Assembly: GCA_035913415.1 (NCBI GenBank)
Contig: JAMIIV010000199.1
Span: 6,229-70,228, forward strand
From: Fibrobacteria bacterium
Lineage (GTDB): Bacteria; Fibrobacterota; Fibrobacteria; UBA5070
Direction: 5' to 3'
Length of the DNA stretch: 64,000 nucleotides
Part shown: in pieces, positions 11,306 to 21,378 of the stretch
How positions within the stretch are numbered: the first letter of the stretch is position 1
Layout: each line of letters opens with the position of its first letter
Made by a program: the position numbers and the translations under genes
The notes under the pieces: generated by a model
The model's database searches: none
What the model was told of the DNA's origin: nothing
What the model saw: the letters and a program-made list of their open reading frames with translations, nothing else

Positions 11306-12573
11306 CGATACGACGGAATTTGACCAATCTCGGCATGGTGGCGTTGTGGGCCGCGCTGGCCTCCTGCAAGGGGGGCGTGCCGAAGGAAGAGGGCCGGATG
11401 GTGGTCGCTTCGGGCGCCACCCTGCGCGACGCGGTCCGGCTGTCGGGAACCGTCGAGCCGGTGGTTTCGGTGGACCTCAAGGCCGAGGTATCGGGGCGCA
11501 TCGTGTCGTTGCCGCGCGAGGAGGGGGCCCAGGTCGCCAAAGGCGATCTGCTCGTGCAGCTCGATCCGGAGCCCTTTCGTCTGAAGGTCGATCGGGCGCA
11601 ACTGGCCGTCGATCGCGCGCGCCTCTCGGTGGCCACGGCCAAACGGGAGCTTTCGCGCGGTAAGGCGCTGGTGGCCACCGGAACCTTGTCGGCGGATGCC
11701 TTGGAAGATCTGGAGACGGCTTCGCGGAAGGTCGAGCTGGACGAACGCGACGCCCTGCTGCAATTGCGCGAGGCGCGCAAGGATCTCGCGAACGCGTCGG
11801 TGCGCAGCCCCATGGCGGGTCGCCTCATCACCCTCAACGTCGAGGAGGGCGAGATGGCCTCGGCGGCGGTTTCCGCCAACGGCGGCACGGAACTGGGTGT
11901 GGTGGCCGATCCCTCGCGCATGAAAGTCACCGTGGAGGTGGGCGAGCTGGACTACGGGCGCCTGCGGCTGGGCATGCCCGTCGAGGTGGGTTCCGGAGCC
12001 GAAGGAGGAGGTTCCCGACGGGGCACGGTGAGTTTCATCTCCAGTTCGGCACGGGCGTCTTCGGGCAGTTCGGGAATCCAGGTGTTTCCGGTGGAGGTCA
12101 CGCTTTCCTCCGATTCCGCGGCCCCCCCGGGGGCCCGCGTCCGTCGCGCCCGCACCGAGGGGGCGGGTACAACGACGGAGGCCGTGCGAGGCCATGGGGA
12201 TTCCACTTCCCGCGGCCAGCGCGACACCGTCCTGGCCGGCGGAAACAAGTCGGGTTCACGACGCAAATCCGGAGGCGCCAACACGGCCGGGGAAGCTCTT
12301 GTGCTGGTGCCGGGAATGACCGTCGCCGTGGATTTCGTCTTCATGGAGCGGGAGGCCTCCGTCGCCGTCCCACCGGCGGCGGTGGTCCGCAAGGGCGGGG
12401 CCTCGTTCGTGAAGGTGCGCACCGCCCAGGGGGCGCTGGAGGAGCGCAAGGTCGTGACGGGTTCCACCGACTACCGGCGCATCGAGATCGTGGAAGGGCT
12501 GTCCGCGGGTGATTCCGTGTTCGTGGCCCAGACCGAGGCTTCGGCCAAACGCGGCCCTGGCGGACCTCCATGA
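11302..12573 (+). CDS. Efflux periplasmic adaptor (HlyD/MacA-type membrane fusion protein).
   Basis: MTIRRNLTNLGMVALWAALASC signal/lipobox. The motif GTVEPVVSVDLKAEVSGRIVSL...AKGDLLVQLDPEPF...ARKDLANASVRSPMAGRLI is typical of biotinyl-lipoyl plus beta-barrel membrane-fusion domains. It overlaps the ATPase start. Confidence 0.8.
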   Translation: MTIRRNLTNLGMVALWAALASCKGGVPKEEGRMVVASGATLRDAVRLSGTVEPVVSVDLKAEVSGRIVSLPREEGAQVAKGDLLVQLDPEPFRLKVDRAQLAVDRARLSVATAKRELSRGKALVATGTLSADALEDLETASRKVELDERDALLQLREARKDLANASVRSPMAGRLITLNVEEGEMASAAVSANGGTELGVVADPSRMKVTVEVGELDYGRLRLGMPVEVGSGAEGGGSRRGTVSFISSSARASSGSSGIQVFPVEVTLSSDSAAPPGARVRRARTEGAGTTTEAVRGHGDSTSRGQRDTVLAGGNKSGSRRKSGGANTAGEALVLVPGMTVAVDFVFMEREASVAVPPAAVVRKGGASFVKVRTAQGALEERKVVTGSTDYRRIEIVEGLSAGDSVFVAQTEASAKRGPGGPP

Positions 12574-13265
12574 GCGGCACGAGTGGCGCCGAGGCGGTGC
12601 TGGTCACCGAACAGCTCCGCAAGAGTTATTGGCTGGGGCGCGAGGAAGTCCCTGTACTGCACGGGATCGACTTCACCCTGGGCCGGGGTGAGTATGGCGC
12701 CATCATGGGACCGTCCGGATCGGGCAAGAGCACCCTCCTGAACATCCTGGGGTGCCTCGATCGACCCACCAGCGGCACCTATCGCATCCAGGACCGCGAG
12801 GTCTCGGGACTCAGCGAGAACCAGCTTGCCGATCTTCGTTCCGAGCACATCGGCTTCGTCTTCCAGAGCTTCCAGCTTCTGCCGCGCATGTCCATCGCGG
12901 AAAACGTCGACTTGCCGTTGCGGTACCTGGGGGTGCCACGCGCCGAGCGTCGCCGCCGCGTGACCGAGATGCTCGAGCGTCTGGGATTGGGGGGGCGTGG
13001 CAGGCACCTTCCCATGGAGGTTTCGGGAGGGCAACGGCAACGCGTGGCGATCGCGCGGGCGCTGGTCAAGAATCCCTCCATCCTGCTGGCCGACGAACCC
13101 ACGGGCAACCTGGACAGCACCACCACCGGCGAGGTCCTGGACCTGTTCGACCAGCTCCACGCCGAGGGCAACACCATTTTGGTGATCACCCACGAAGCCG
13201 AAGTGGCCCACCGCGCCGGGCGGCGCTGGAAGATCCTCGACGGTCGCATGGACGAGATCGCGTGA
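12570..13265 (+). CDS. ABC transporter ATP-binding protein, MacB/LolD-like.
   Basis: GPSGSGKST (Walker A), LSGGQRQRVAIARAL (signature), ILLADEPTGNLD (Walker B). Confidence 0.9.
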   Translation: MSGTSGAEAVLVTEQLRKSYWLGREEVPVLHGIDFTLGRGEYGAIMGPSGSGKSTLLNILGCLDRPTSGTYRIQDREVSGLSENQLADLRSEHIGFVFQSFQLLPRMSIAENVDLPLRYLGVPRAERRRRVTEMLERLGLGGRGRHLPMEVSGGQRQRVAIARALVKNPSILLADEPTGNLDSTTTGEVLDLFDQLHAEGNTILVITHEAEVAHRAGRRWKILDGRMDEIA

Positions 13266-14488
13266 ACGCGTCGGCGCGGGCCACCAAAGGCTGGGCGCTT
13301 CCCGTGCTTTTGGCCGTAGGCGAGGTGCGGGCCCACCTGCTGCGCTCGGCGGTGACGGCCGGAGCCGTGTTCCTGGGGGTGGGGGCCTTGCTGGTGCTCA
13401 ACTCGTTGTCGCGGGGCATGGAAGCGCAGAATCGCGAGATGTACCTGCGCATGGGCGGCGCCCAGATCCTGCAAGCCACCGCGGCCAAGGCGCTGGATGC
13501 CTTCCAGGACGCCCAGTTCGCGCGCTCGCGGGGGTTGCGTCTGTCCGACGTGGATGCTCTGCGCGACCGCATGCCGGAATTCGACGCCTGGGTGCCCGAG
13601 ATCGAACTCGATCGCGAGGCCATCGCCCTGCGCGGGGTGCGCCTGCGCGCCCGGGGTACGGCCTCCACCTGGGAACGATTCGAGGTCCTGGGCATGGCGA
13701 TCGATACCGCGGTGGACCTCTCGCAGGGGCGGTGGGAGAGCGGAGAGGCGGTGGCCGTGGTCGGGGCTGTCGTGGCCGAGCGCATGGGGGGCAGGGCCCG
13801 GGCCTTGGGCAAGGAAATCCTGATCCACGATCGTTCCGTGCGCGTGGCGGGGGTGTTCCGTTCGGAGGGCAAGTTCGATCGCCGCGCTCGCGAAGTGGCG
13901 GTTCCGCTGAACTGGCATGTGCGCGTGCGAGGCGAGGCGGATCCCGCTCTGGGAACCCTGCGCGCCCGGGTGGCCGACATCGGCGCGGTGGCGCAGGCCG
14001 CGTCGGACCTGAAGACGGAATTCCTGGCGCTGCATCGCGGCGTCCCCGACGTGGACGTCTCCGACAACAGCGACCTGCTGGAGAATTCCCGCAAGACCAT
14101 CCTGACGATGTCCGTCGTGACCTGGATGATCGCCGTGGTGTCGCTGCTGTCGGGCGGCATCGGCATCCTCAACGTGCAGTTGTCGTCGCTGGCCTCGCGC
14201 GTCCGCGACCTCGGCACCGCCCGGGCCTTGGGCGCCCCTTCGTCCCTGGTGTTCCGACAGGTGCTGCTGGAGAGCCTGCTGGTGGCGGCGGCGGGAGGGT
14301 TCCTGGGGTGCCTGGTCGGGCTCGTGCCGAGCCTGATCCCCTCGGGCACCCTGCCGTGGCAGCCGCAACTGGCCTTGGTGGATCTTCTCGTGGCCGTGGG
14401 GCTGGCCCTGGGGGTCGGGGTGGTGGCGGGCATCCTCCCCGCCTGGAAGGCCTCGCGACTGGATCCCGTGGAGGCCATGCGATCATGA
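13262..14488 (+). CDS. ABC transporter permease, FtsX-like (MacB permease type), copy 1.
   Basis: GTG start overlapping the ATPase stop (GTGA). N-terminal TM, a large periplasmic domain, then C-terminal 3-TM FtsX core (GIGILNVQLSSLASRVRDLGTARALGA). Confidence 0.75.
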   Translation: MNASARATKGWALPVLLAVGEVRAHLLRSAVTAGAVFLGVGALLVLNSLSRGMEAQNREMYLRMGGAQILQATAAKALDAFQDAQFARSRGLRLSDVDALRDRMPEFDAWVPEIELDREAIALRGVRLRARGTASTWERFEVLGMAIDTAVDLSQGRWESGEAVAVVGAVVAERMGGRARALGKEILIHDRSVRVAGVFRSEGKFDRRAREVAVPLNWHVRVRGEADPALGTLRARVADIGAVAQAASDLKTEFLALHRGVPDVDVSDNSDLLENSRKTILTMSVVTWMIAVVSLLSGGIGILNVQLSSLASRVRDLGTARALGAPSSLVFRQVLLESLLVAAAGGFLGCLVGLVPSLIPSGTLPWQPQLALVDLLVAVGLALGVGVVAGILPAWKASRLDPVEAMRS

Positions 14489-15729
14489 GACGTTTTCTGT
14501 CATCAGTGGCGCTGGGGATCCAGGCGGCCTTCCGCGAGATCCGGGCGAACCCGCTGCGCTCGGGGCTCTCCATCGCCGGGGTCGCCATGGCGGTGGGGGC
14601 GTTGTCGGCGATCCTGGCCTTCATCGGGGGGCTGACCGCCATGGTGCGCGAGTCGGTCGCCGACATGGGAGGGGCGGGCCGGATGATGGTGCGGGTGGAG
14701 GAACCCGAGGATCCGCTCCAGGCCCGGGCGTTCTCCCGGTCACCGGGATTGCGTGTTCAGGACGGCGACCTGCTGTCCGACTCGACGGCCGCGCGCGTGG
14801 TGCCGCTGCGCACCACCGGATCGCACGGTACCGCGATGTTCATGGGTTCCGGCGAACGCATCTTCCTGATGGGCTGCGATCGCGACTACCTGGTGAAGGA
14901 CGTCTCGGCCATCGTCTACCAGGGCGCCATGCCCGACTCCCAGGCCTGGGCTCGCGGCGAGCAGGTGGCCATGGTGGGCTGGACCCTGGCCGAGCGCTGG
15001 GATTCCACCGCCAGGGCTCGGGGGGCGGAACTTGTCGGATCGGTGCTGATGGTGGACGGGGTGTCGTACCGGATCACGGGGGCATTCCGCTTCAAGCGCA
15101 ACAACTGGGGGCGCAACGGCATCACCGTGGCCATTCCCTGGGAGGCCCACGCCGCCCGGCACCAGAGGCCCTTCGGGAGGGTGTCGAACCTCCAGATGCG
15201 CGTGGAGAATCCCGAGAGCACGCAGATCCTGTTGCCGCGACTGCAGGAGCTCCTGAAGCAGTCCCACCGCGGGGTGGAAGACATCTCCGTCGACCTGTTC
15301 CAGTTTTTGTCGGAGATCACCCGCATGGTGGGCAACATCTCGTTGCTTCTGGGTGTCGTGGCGATCCTGTCGCTTTCCGTGGGAGCGCTGGGGATCTTCA
15401 ACACGATGCTCGCCGGATACCACGACCAGGTGCGCGAGATCGGCGTGCGCAAGGCACTGGGGGCCAGACCGGCCCAGATCCTGGTGCAGTTTCTCGTGGA
15501 GTCCACCGTGCTGGCCTCGCTCGGGGGCGCCCTGGGGCTCTCCTTGGGATTGTTGCCACCCCTGTTCGGCGACGCCTTGCAGAGCGCGTTCTCCATCCGA
15601 CCCATCTTCGACGCGGCGGGGGCCTCGAAGGCCTTCGGGATTTCCGTCCTGGTGGGGGTGCTGGCGGGGCTCTGGCCGGCCATCCGCGCTTCCCGGCTGG
15701 ATCCGGTCAAGGCGTTGCACTACGAGTGA
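14485..15729 (+). CDS. ABC transporter permease, FtsX-like, copy 2.
   Basis: MRRFLSSVALGIQAAFREIRANPLRSGLSIAGVAMAV. The ATG overlaps the copy-1 stop (ATGA). C-terminal motif GALGIFNTMLAGYHDQVREIGVRKALGARP. Confidence 0.75.
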   Translation: MRRFLSSVALGIQAAFREIRANPLRSGLSIAGVAMAVGALSAILAFIGGLTAMVRESVADMGGAGRMMVRVEEPEDPLQARAFSRSPGLRVQDGDLLSDSTAARVVPLRTTGSHGTAMFMGSGERIFLMGCDRDYLVKDVSAIVYQGAMPDSQAWARGEQVAMVGWTLAERWDSTARARGAELVGSVLMVDGVSYRITGAFRFKRNNWGRNGITVAIPWEAHAARHQRPFGRVSNLQMRVENPESTQILLPRLQELLKQSHRGVEDISVDLFQFLSEITRMVGNISLLLGVVAILSLSVGALGIFNTMLAGYHDQVREIGVRKALGARPAQILVQFLVESTVLASLGGALGLSLGLLPPLFGDALQSAFSIRPIFDAAGASKAFGISVLVGVLAGLWPAIRASRLDPVKALHYE

Positions 15730-15746
15730 CGCGCACCGGGTCAGGG

Positions 15747-16883
15747 TTAGGGGGTGGGGAGCACCAGACCCCAGAGCACGCTGGGTTTGAGCGGATATTC
15801 CAGCTTGGGTGCGACGGCGGCGCCCTTGCAGGCGTAGCGTTCCACGGAGGTGTCGCGGGCCAGGGGCGCCCCCAAGGCCAGTCCGCGCGACATGAAACTC
15901 AGGACCATCGGTGTGCGCATGGTCTTGCCGCGACGGACCACCAGGGCGACTTCGCCGTTTTCGAGGTTCACCCAGGTTCCGGGGGTGAAGACCCCCAGGA
16001 TGCGGATCAGGATCTTGGCGAGGTCGGGATTGACGATGCCTTGGGCGTTGCGGATGATGTCGGCCAGGGTGGTGCCCGAGTGCTCGCGTGCTTTCCACGA
16101 GCGTTGCGAGGTGCGGGCCGTGTAGGTGTCGGCGATCTGGAGGATCTGGGCGCCCATCGGGATGCGGCTGCCGATGAGGCCGTTGGGGTAGCCGGAACCG
16201 TCGAGTAGTTCGTGGTGGTGGTGCACCGACGTCAACCACTCCTTGCTGCGGATGCCGATGTCCTTCAGCAGATTGGCGCTCTGGGTGGGGTGCAGGTTCA
16301 TGAGGATGCGGGTGCCGTCGCTCATGGGGGCGTTGTCGCGGTGCAGCGATTCGTGCATCTCGAGGGCGGCGATGTTCATGGTCAGCGCGGCGCACACGAT
16401 GTCCAGCGCCGTCTTCGGTTCGATCTCCAGGTGGCGCAGCAGCGCGGCGCTGACGATGGCGGTCTCGACCTGGTGGCGGATGCTGTAGCGGCCGTCTTCC
16501 ATGACCAGCAGCGAAGCCAGGGCCGCATCTTCATCGCGCTCGACGGCTCGCTGGATGGCGGCGGCGATGGCCTGGATCTCGGCGGCGAAGGTCGAAACTT
16601 CTGTGGGATTGTGCGAGACGTGTTCGAGGTGGCGGATGCACTTGTGATTGACGTCGAAGGCCGTGCCGATGTGCAGGCGCGAACGGTCGTCGGCGAAGGG
16701 GTCTTTGATTTCATCGGGAGCCATCACGCTGGGGCCGCGATGCAGAATGTCGCGCAATTGGTCCTGGTCGCGGATGTGGGCACCTTCCCGCAACAGAAGG
16801 TCGCCCCAGCGGTCGTAGAGGTTCCACGGCAACGGATCTCCCAGCGGGAGTTCCGATTCCGGCATGGAACGCAGGTGCGGCAT
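15747..16883 (-). CDS. HD-GYP domain c-di-GMP phosphodiesterase-like protein.
   Basis: HD domain with HHHELLDGSGYPNGL motif; start MPHLRSMPESE at 16883. Confidence 0.75.
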   Translation of the reverse strand: MPHLRSMPESELPLGDPLPWNLYDRWGDLLLREGAHIRDQDQLRDILHRGPSVMAPDEIKDPFADDRSRLHIGTAFDVNHKCIRHLEHVSHNPTEVSTFAAEIQAIAAAIQRAVERDEDAALASLLVMEDGRYSIRHQVETAIVSAALLRHLEIEPKTALDIVCAALTMNIAALEMHESLHRDNAPMSDGTRILMNLHPTQSANLLKDIGIRSKEWLTSVHHHHELLDGSGYPNGLIGSRIPMGAQILQIADTYTARTSQRSWKAREHSGTTLADIIRNAQGIVNPDLAKILIRILGVFTPGTWVNLENGEVALVVRRGKTMRTPMVLSFMSRGLALGAPLARDTSVERYACKGAAVAPKLEYPLKPSVLWGLVLPTP

Positions 16884-17273
16884 GGATTCTCGTCCTCGTG
16901 CTGGTGATGGTCGTCGCGCGTGCGCCTTGGGGGCAAGTCGCACCCACCAGAGGATACCTCTTCCCTTCGAGGCAGGGAAGGACAAACCTGCGTGGGGGTT
17001 TCCGGTGCTCGCGGGATGGATCTGGGCGGGCGGTGCAATCGTAGGGAGGAGGGGAGCTTGCGGGCAGAGAGGATCTGCGGTGCGCAGGGGGCGTGAGTCC
17101 ATGCCAGGATGGCCGCCGAGCAGAGGCTCCAATGAATCGTCCCGCTCTGCTCACGAGGGGGATGGACGTCCCCTGGATGTCGCTTCCAGGGTGGAAACGC
17201 GCCGAGGGGCTGGTCGGTTTCGGATTCATTTCCTACAATATGAGTCGGAATGAAAAACTGGCAGAGGCGGCTT

Positions 17274-17352
17274 GACAGCGTGCTTTTGCTAGGGTAGGTT
17301 CATTGCAACCTATTCAACATATAGGTTTACGAATTCCTCCACCAAGGAGATT
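17274..17352 (+). promoter_or_regulatory. Sigma70-like promoter (TTGACA ... TAGGGT) and strong RBS (AAGGAGA) upstream of metY.
   Basis: TTGACAgcgtgcttttgcTAGGGT, then AAGGAGAtttgagacATG. This is the AT-richest stretch in the region. Confidence 0.45.
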
Positions 17353-17358
17353 TGAGAC

Positions 17359-18657
17359 ATGGCTCAGGACGCAACCCTCGCCCTCCACGCTGGCACCCAG
17401 GCAGACCCCACCACGGGTGCTCGTGCTGTCCCGCTCTACCAGACCACCTCGTACGTGTTCAAGAACGCCGAACATGCCGCGAACCTCTTCGGTCTGAAGG
17501 AATTCGGCAACATCTACACGCGCCTGATGAATCCCACCACCGACGTGCTGGAGCAGCGCCTGGCGGCCCTCGAGGGTGGTGTGGGTGCGCTCGCGGTGGC
17601 TTCGGGCCAGGCCGCGATCACCTACAGCATCCTGAACATCGCCCGCGCCGGCGACAACATCGTGAGCACCTCGTACCTCTACGGAGGCACGTACAACCTG
17701 TTCCACCACACGTTGCCCAAGTACGGCATCACGGTGAAGTTCGTCGACACCAACGATCCCGCCGCCGTGGCCGCGGCGATCGACGACAAGACCCGCGCGG
17801 TCTACATGGAGTCGATCGGCAATCCCAAGAACAACGTCGACGACTTCGAAGGCGTGGCCAAGGCCGCCCACGACAAGGGCGTCGCGTTCATCGTCGACAA
17901 CACCGTTTCGCCGCTGACCTTCAAGCCCCTGAAGCACGGCGCCGACATCGTGGTCTATTCGCTGACCAAGTTCATCGGCGGCCACGGCACCTCCATCGGC
18001 GGCGCCATCGTCGACGGCGGCAAGTTCCCCTGGAACAACGGTCGCTACGACAAGGAATTCGTCGAGCCCGATCCCTCCTACCACGGACTGGTCTACTGGG
18101 ACGCCTTCGGACTGCATGACAAGGCCATCGTTCCCGGTGCCGGCTACATCTTCAAGATCCGCTTGCAGCTTCTGCGCGACATGGGCGCCTGCATCTCGCC
18201 GTTCAACGCCTGGCAGATCCTGCAAGGTGTCGAGACCCTGGCGCTGCGCATCAAGGGCCACAACGAGAACGCGCTCAAGGTGGCCCAGTACCTGGAGTCG
18301 CACCCCCTGGTCACCTGGGTCAACTACCCGGGCCTGGCCAGCCACCCGCAGCACGCCAACGCCAAGAAGTACCTGGAAGGCGGCTTCGGCGCCATCCTCG
18401 GCTTCGGAGTCAAGGGTGGACGCGACGCCGGCGTGAAGGTCATCGACGCCGTCAAGATCTTCAGCCACCTGGCCAACATCGGCGACGCCAAGTCCCTGAT
18501 CATCCATCCCGCCAGCACCACCCACAGCCAGCTCTCGGACGCCGAGCTTCCCGCCACCGGCGTGACGCCGGATTTTGTCCGCCTGTCCGTGGGCCTGGAG
18601 GCCGTGGAAGACCTGATCGCGGATCTGGACCAGGCATTGAAGGCCTCGCAGGCCTGA
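17359..18657 (+). CDS. metY: O-acetylhomoserine aminocarboxypropyltransferase / sulfhydrylase (PLP-dependent).
   Basis: 432 aa with full-length similarity to MetY/MET17 ([22 protein letters not shown]..., [15 protein letters not shown] with PLP lysine). Confidence 0.9.
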   Translation: MAQDATLALHAGTQADPTTGARAVPLYQTTSYVFKNAEHAANLFGLKEFGNIYTRLMNPTTDVLEQRLAALEGGVGALAVASGQAAITYSILNIARAGDNIVSTSYLYGGTYNLFHHTLPKYGITVKFVDTNDPAAVAAAIDDKTRAVYMESIGNPKNNVDDFEGVAKAAHDKGVAFIVDNTVSPLTFKPLKHGADIVVYSLTKFIGGHGTSIGGAIVDGGKFPWNNGRYDKEFVEPDPSYHGLVYWDAFGLHDKAIVPGAGYIFKIRLQLLRDMGACISPFNAWQILQGVETLALRIKGHNENALKVAQYLESHPLVTWVNYPGLASHPQHANAKKYLEGGFGAILGFGVKGGRDAGVKVIDAVKIFSHLANIGDAKSLIIHPASTTHSQLSDAELPATGVTPDFVRLSVGLEAVEDLIADLDQALKASQA

Positions 18658-19086
18658 GCCGCGTCTCAGGGCGCATTCTTGCTCCAATCCCCCTCGGCGT
18701 CCCAAAGCGGACGCGGTCGGGGGCGTTGTCGCTTCGACTGCATCCCTGATCCACGTCTCAGGTGCCATTTTCCAAGCATTCGGACGGGCGTCTCCCTGGC
18801 AGACGGATTCCGTCCGCCAGGGATCGGATAGCCTGCCGGGCCCTTCGGCCGGCGTCCTTGGCGAGCCATGATCTACGGCCACGAAACGATCCCGTCCTCC
18901 GCAGGCCGGATTGCCGCCGCGGAATGCGGTCGCATCGCGCGCTACGTGGTCGAAAACGCATGGCATCCTGAATCGGCCTGACCGGTCTCCAAGTGGTCTG
19001 CCAGCAGGGTAGATCCAAATTCGGGATCTAAGTTTCGCGAGGTTGATTCGTGGGCTTTCGATCGAATCGTCAGCCTTCGGGCGTTT

Positions 19087-20802
19087 TTGCTCCATGTCAT
19101 GGGTTCACGCATGCTCGAATTCCCACATCTCCGGTTCCTTGCCATCTGTCTTGTTGTCGCGAGCACAGCCCCCGCGTTTCGGGATTGGCGAGGTTTTCGT
19201 TTCGGAAGCGCGGATTCGGATGTGTCGAAGAATGTTCCCTGGGCGGTTGCCCGCCTCGAGGATGGCCGTCTGGTGGTGGCGGGGCAAAGCGGCGATTCCA
19301 CCTGTTGTCGCTGGGATACGGCGGGGGTGTTCGGCGGAGCGCCAAAAACCGAATACGATATCGTGCCGTTCATCGGATTTCCCACTCCGCAGTCATCGAA
19401 CTGGAATCCCGCGATGCAATGGGGGGAAGGGTTCTGGAAAGCCAGTTGGTTCGACCTCAAACCTCGCGCGGGTGGGGGATTCCTGACGGTCGGCAGGATT
19501 GCCGATACCCTGTTGTTCACTGGGACGCGAAGGATCTGGCGCGGTGGGCAGATGCCGGATTCGACGGCGGGCGGGGACTGGAACGCGATCTTCGACGCCG
19601 GAGGAGGTGGTGGCATCGGTGTGGGGGAGTGGAGTGATTCAGGAATGCGCTTGCGGCTCCTCCGTGCCAAGGGTTCGATACTTGATGCATATGGATGGCA
19701 AATCTTGTCCGATTCCACGGGATTCACCATCGCTGGGCGCTATCATTCGACGTCCGGTGGTTGGGTCTTCGACGATCTGGATTCGTTCGCCATCGATGCG
19801 TACCATTCCTGCTTCGCCTACCATTCCGGGGGAACCCCACGAGACGCCTGGTGGGTGGCGCTGCCTTGCCCCATCATGATGCCCCCAGAAATCACTCGTA
19901 CACGACATGGCGTGTGGATGACGTTCAACGACACGTCCTCCTTGAGCATCAATCCTTCTGCCCATCCATGGTATCGCGAATTGCGTCCCGGATTGGCACG
20001 GATCGATCCATCGAACGGCCGTGTACTCGACAGCTTGCATCCGTTCGGCACCATGCAGGGCCTGTCTCGAGCCATCGCCAGCGACGAAGAAGGCAACATC
20101 CTGGTGCAGGGAGATCAAGCATCGGACTTCCATGGCCCAACCGGCGCGTATCCGTTGGTCTACGATACGCTCCACGGCGTCGGTGCGTTCAGTGGTCGTG
20201 GCTTGGTCTCTGCAGGTTGGTTGGCCCTGTTGGATTCTTCTGGAGCCGTGCGAAAATTCCGGCAGCTTCACGGGTTGGAAAACAGTGGGGGATGGAAACT
20301 GCTTCGTCATCCAAGCGGTGGATGGTTGGGGCTGTCGTGGGATGAAAAGGGTCTCGTTGGGTTTTCTCGTCTCTATCACTTCGGTGACTCGCTGGAATTG
20401 ATCGACTCTTCCGAGCGGCTTCCTGCAGCCGTCGATCTGGAGCTTGGCCCGGAGGGCGAAATTCTCCTTTCGGGTTGGAACCCCGCGCGAGTTCCTGTCG
20501 CCAGTTGGCTTGTCGGGTCGGGTTCCATGTGGGTCGCCTCCTGCCGTTCTGGATCCGAGGGGACGACACGGGTTCGCCATCCGGGAAGCGGAAGCCTGGG
20601 CATGCGGGTCCGTGGCAGAGTTCTTGAGATGACCTCAGCCTCCCCCGCATCGATTCGTTTGCGGGCCTACGATCCGGGTGGACGCCTTCTTCTGGATCGC
20701 AATGCCGAGCCTGGAGCACGGTTTGATCTGCCGCGGGGCCTTTCCTTGTGGATCGCGCATCAAGATGGTGCCATCCTCCGCAAGCCGATTCTGGTGCCGT
20801 AG
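19087..20802 (+). CDS. Hypothetical secreted protein with a C-terminal T9SS-CTD-like beta-sandwich tail.
   Basis: N-terminal hydrophobic segment (LRFLAICLVVASTAPA); no recognisable catalytic domain. The C-terminus ...SIRLRAYDPGGRLLLDRNAEPGARFDLPRGLSLWIAHQDGAILRKPILVP resembles Por/T9SS sorting domains. Confidence 0.45.
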   Translation: MLHVMGSRMLEFPHLRFLAICLVVASTAPAFRDWRGFRFGSADSDVSKNVPWAVARLEDGRLVVAGQSGDSTCCRWDTAGVFGGAPKTEYDIVPFIGFPTPQSSNWNPAMQWGEGFWKASWFDLKPRAGGGFLTVGRIADTLLFTGTRRIWRGGQMPDSTAGGDWNAIFDAGGGGGIGVGEWSDSGMRLRLLRAKGSILDAYGWQILSDSTGFTIAGRYHSTSGGWVFDDLDSFAIDAYHSCFAYHSGGTPRDAWWVALPCPIMMPPEITRTRHGVWMTFNDTSSLSINPSAHPWYRELRPGLARIDPSNGRVLDSLHPFGTMQGLSRAIASDEEGNILVQGDQASDFHGPTGAYPLVYDTLHGVGAFSGRGLVSAGWLALLDSSGAVRKFRQLHGLENSGGWKLLRHPSGGWLGLSWDEKGLVGFSRLYHFGDSLELIDSSERLPAAVDLELGPEGEILLSGWNPARVPVASWLVGSGSMWVASCRSGSEGTTRVRHPGSGSLGMRVRGRVLEMTSASPASIRLRAYDPGGRLLLDRNAEPGARFDLPRGLSLWIAHQDGAILRKPILVP

Positions 20803-20908
20803 TTCGATCTGGATGTCATTCGTGTCGGAGACGCCAAACACCTGAAACAATTGGCTGCCATCCGCGAGTCTACCTTGGATCGCTCACCGCTCGCGGAAGG
20901 ATCGCATC

Positions 20909-21364
20909 GTGTCCAGCGTTTTCGTTCCCGCCGATGTTCAGGCCCTCGAGGCCCGTATCGACGGGCTCAAACCCGATTCGGTTCGCCTGTGGGGTACGAT
21001 GGATTCCGCGCGCATGCTGGCGCACGTGAATGTCGCGTACGAGATGGTCTACGAGCCCGGTAAACACATACGCCCCAACGCCCTGGTCCGGTTTCTCCTC
21101 AAGGCATTCGTGAAGTCCGGTGTTGTTGGCGACAAGCCCTTCGGCCACAACGGGCAGACGGCGCCCGCGTTCGTGATTTCCGACGCCCGGGATTTCGAAG
21201 TCGAAAAGGCCCGGGTCAAGGCGTATCTGCGCCGCGTACTCGGTGAGGGCGAAGCCGCGTTCGAGGGGCGCGAGTCCCTGTCGTTCGGCAAGCTTTCGGC
21301 GCACGAGTGGAACAACCTCTTCCACAAGCACCTGGACCACCATCTGGCGCAGTTCGGGGTCTGA
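20909..21364 (+). CDS. DUF1569-family protein.
   Basis: About 150 aa with C-terminal ...LSAHEWNNLFHKHLDHHLAQFG, characteristic of DUF1569. Confidence 0.55.
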   Translation: MSSVFVPADVQALEARIDGLKPDSVRLWGTMDSARMLAHVNVAYEMVYEPGKHIRPNALVRFLLKAFVKSGVVGDKPFGHNGQTAPAFVISDARDFEVEKARVKAYLRRVLGEGEAAFEGRESLSFGKLSAHEWNNLFHKHLDHHLAQFGV

Positions 21365-21378
21365 TCCCCCCGAAGGAC

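Noticed and set aside
12752-14488. 578-aa ORF 12752..14488 implying an ATPase-permease fusion
   Set aside because: The first 170 codons are an alternative-frame read of the ATPase gene. The permease starts at the GTG at 13262, overlapping the ATPase stop.
16884-17273. Possible SAM-I riboswitch or small ORFs (16864..17253+, 17093..17275+) in the HD-GYP/metY divergent region
   Set aside because: There is no S-box-like conserved core that I can recognise. The ORFs are Arg/Gly-rich and lack RBS and start context, so the region is treated as non-coding promoter DNA.
18690-18745. Imperfect GC-rich hairpin downstream of metY as an intrinsic terminator
   Set aside because: The stem has mismatches and no U-tract follows, so it is too weak to call as a feature.
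17314-19095. 593-aa minus-strand ORF spanning the whole metY locus
   Set aside because: It is antisense to the highly conserved metY CDS, and its product is Gly/Asp/Val-rich with no motifs. It is a typical high-GC shadow ORF.
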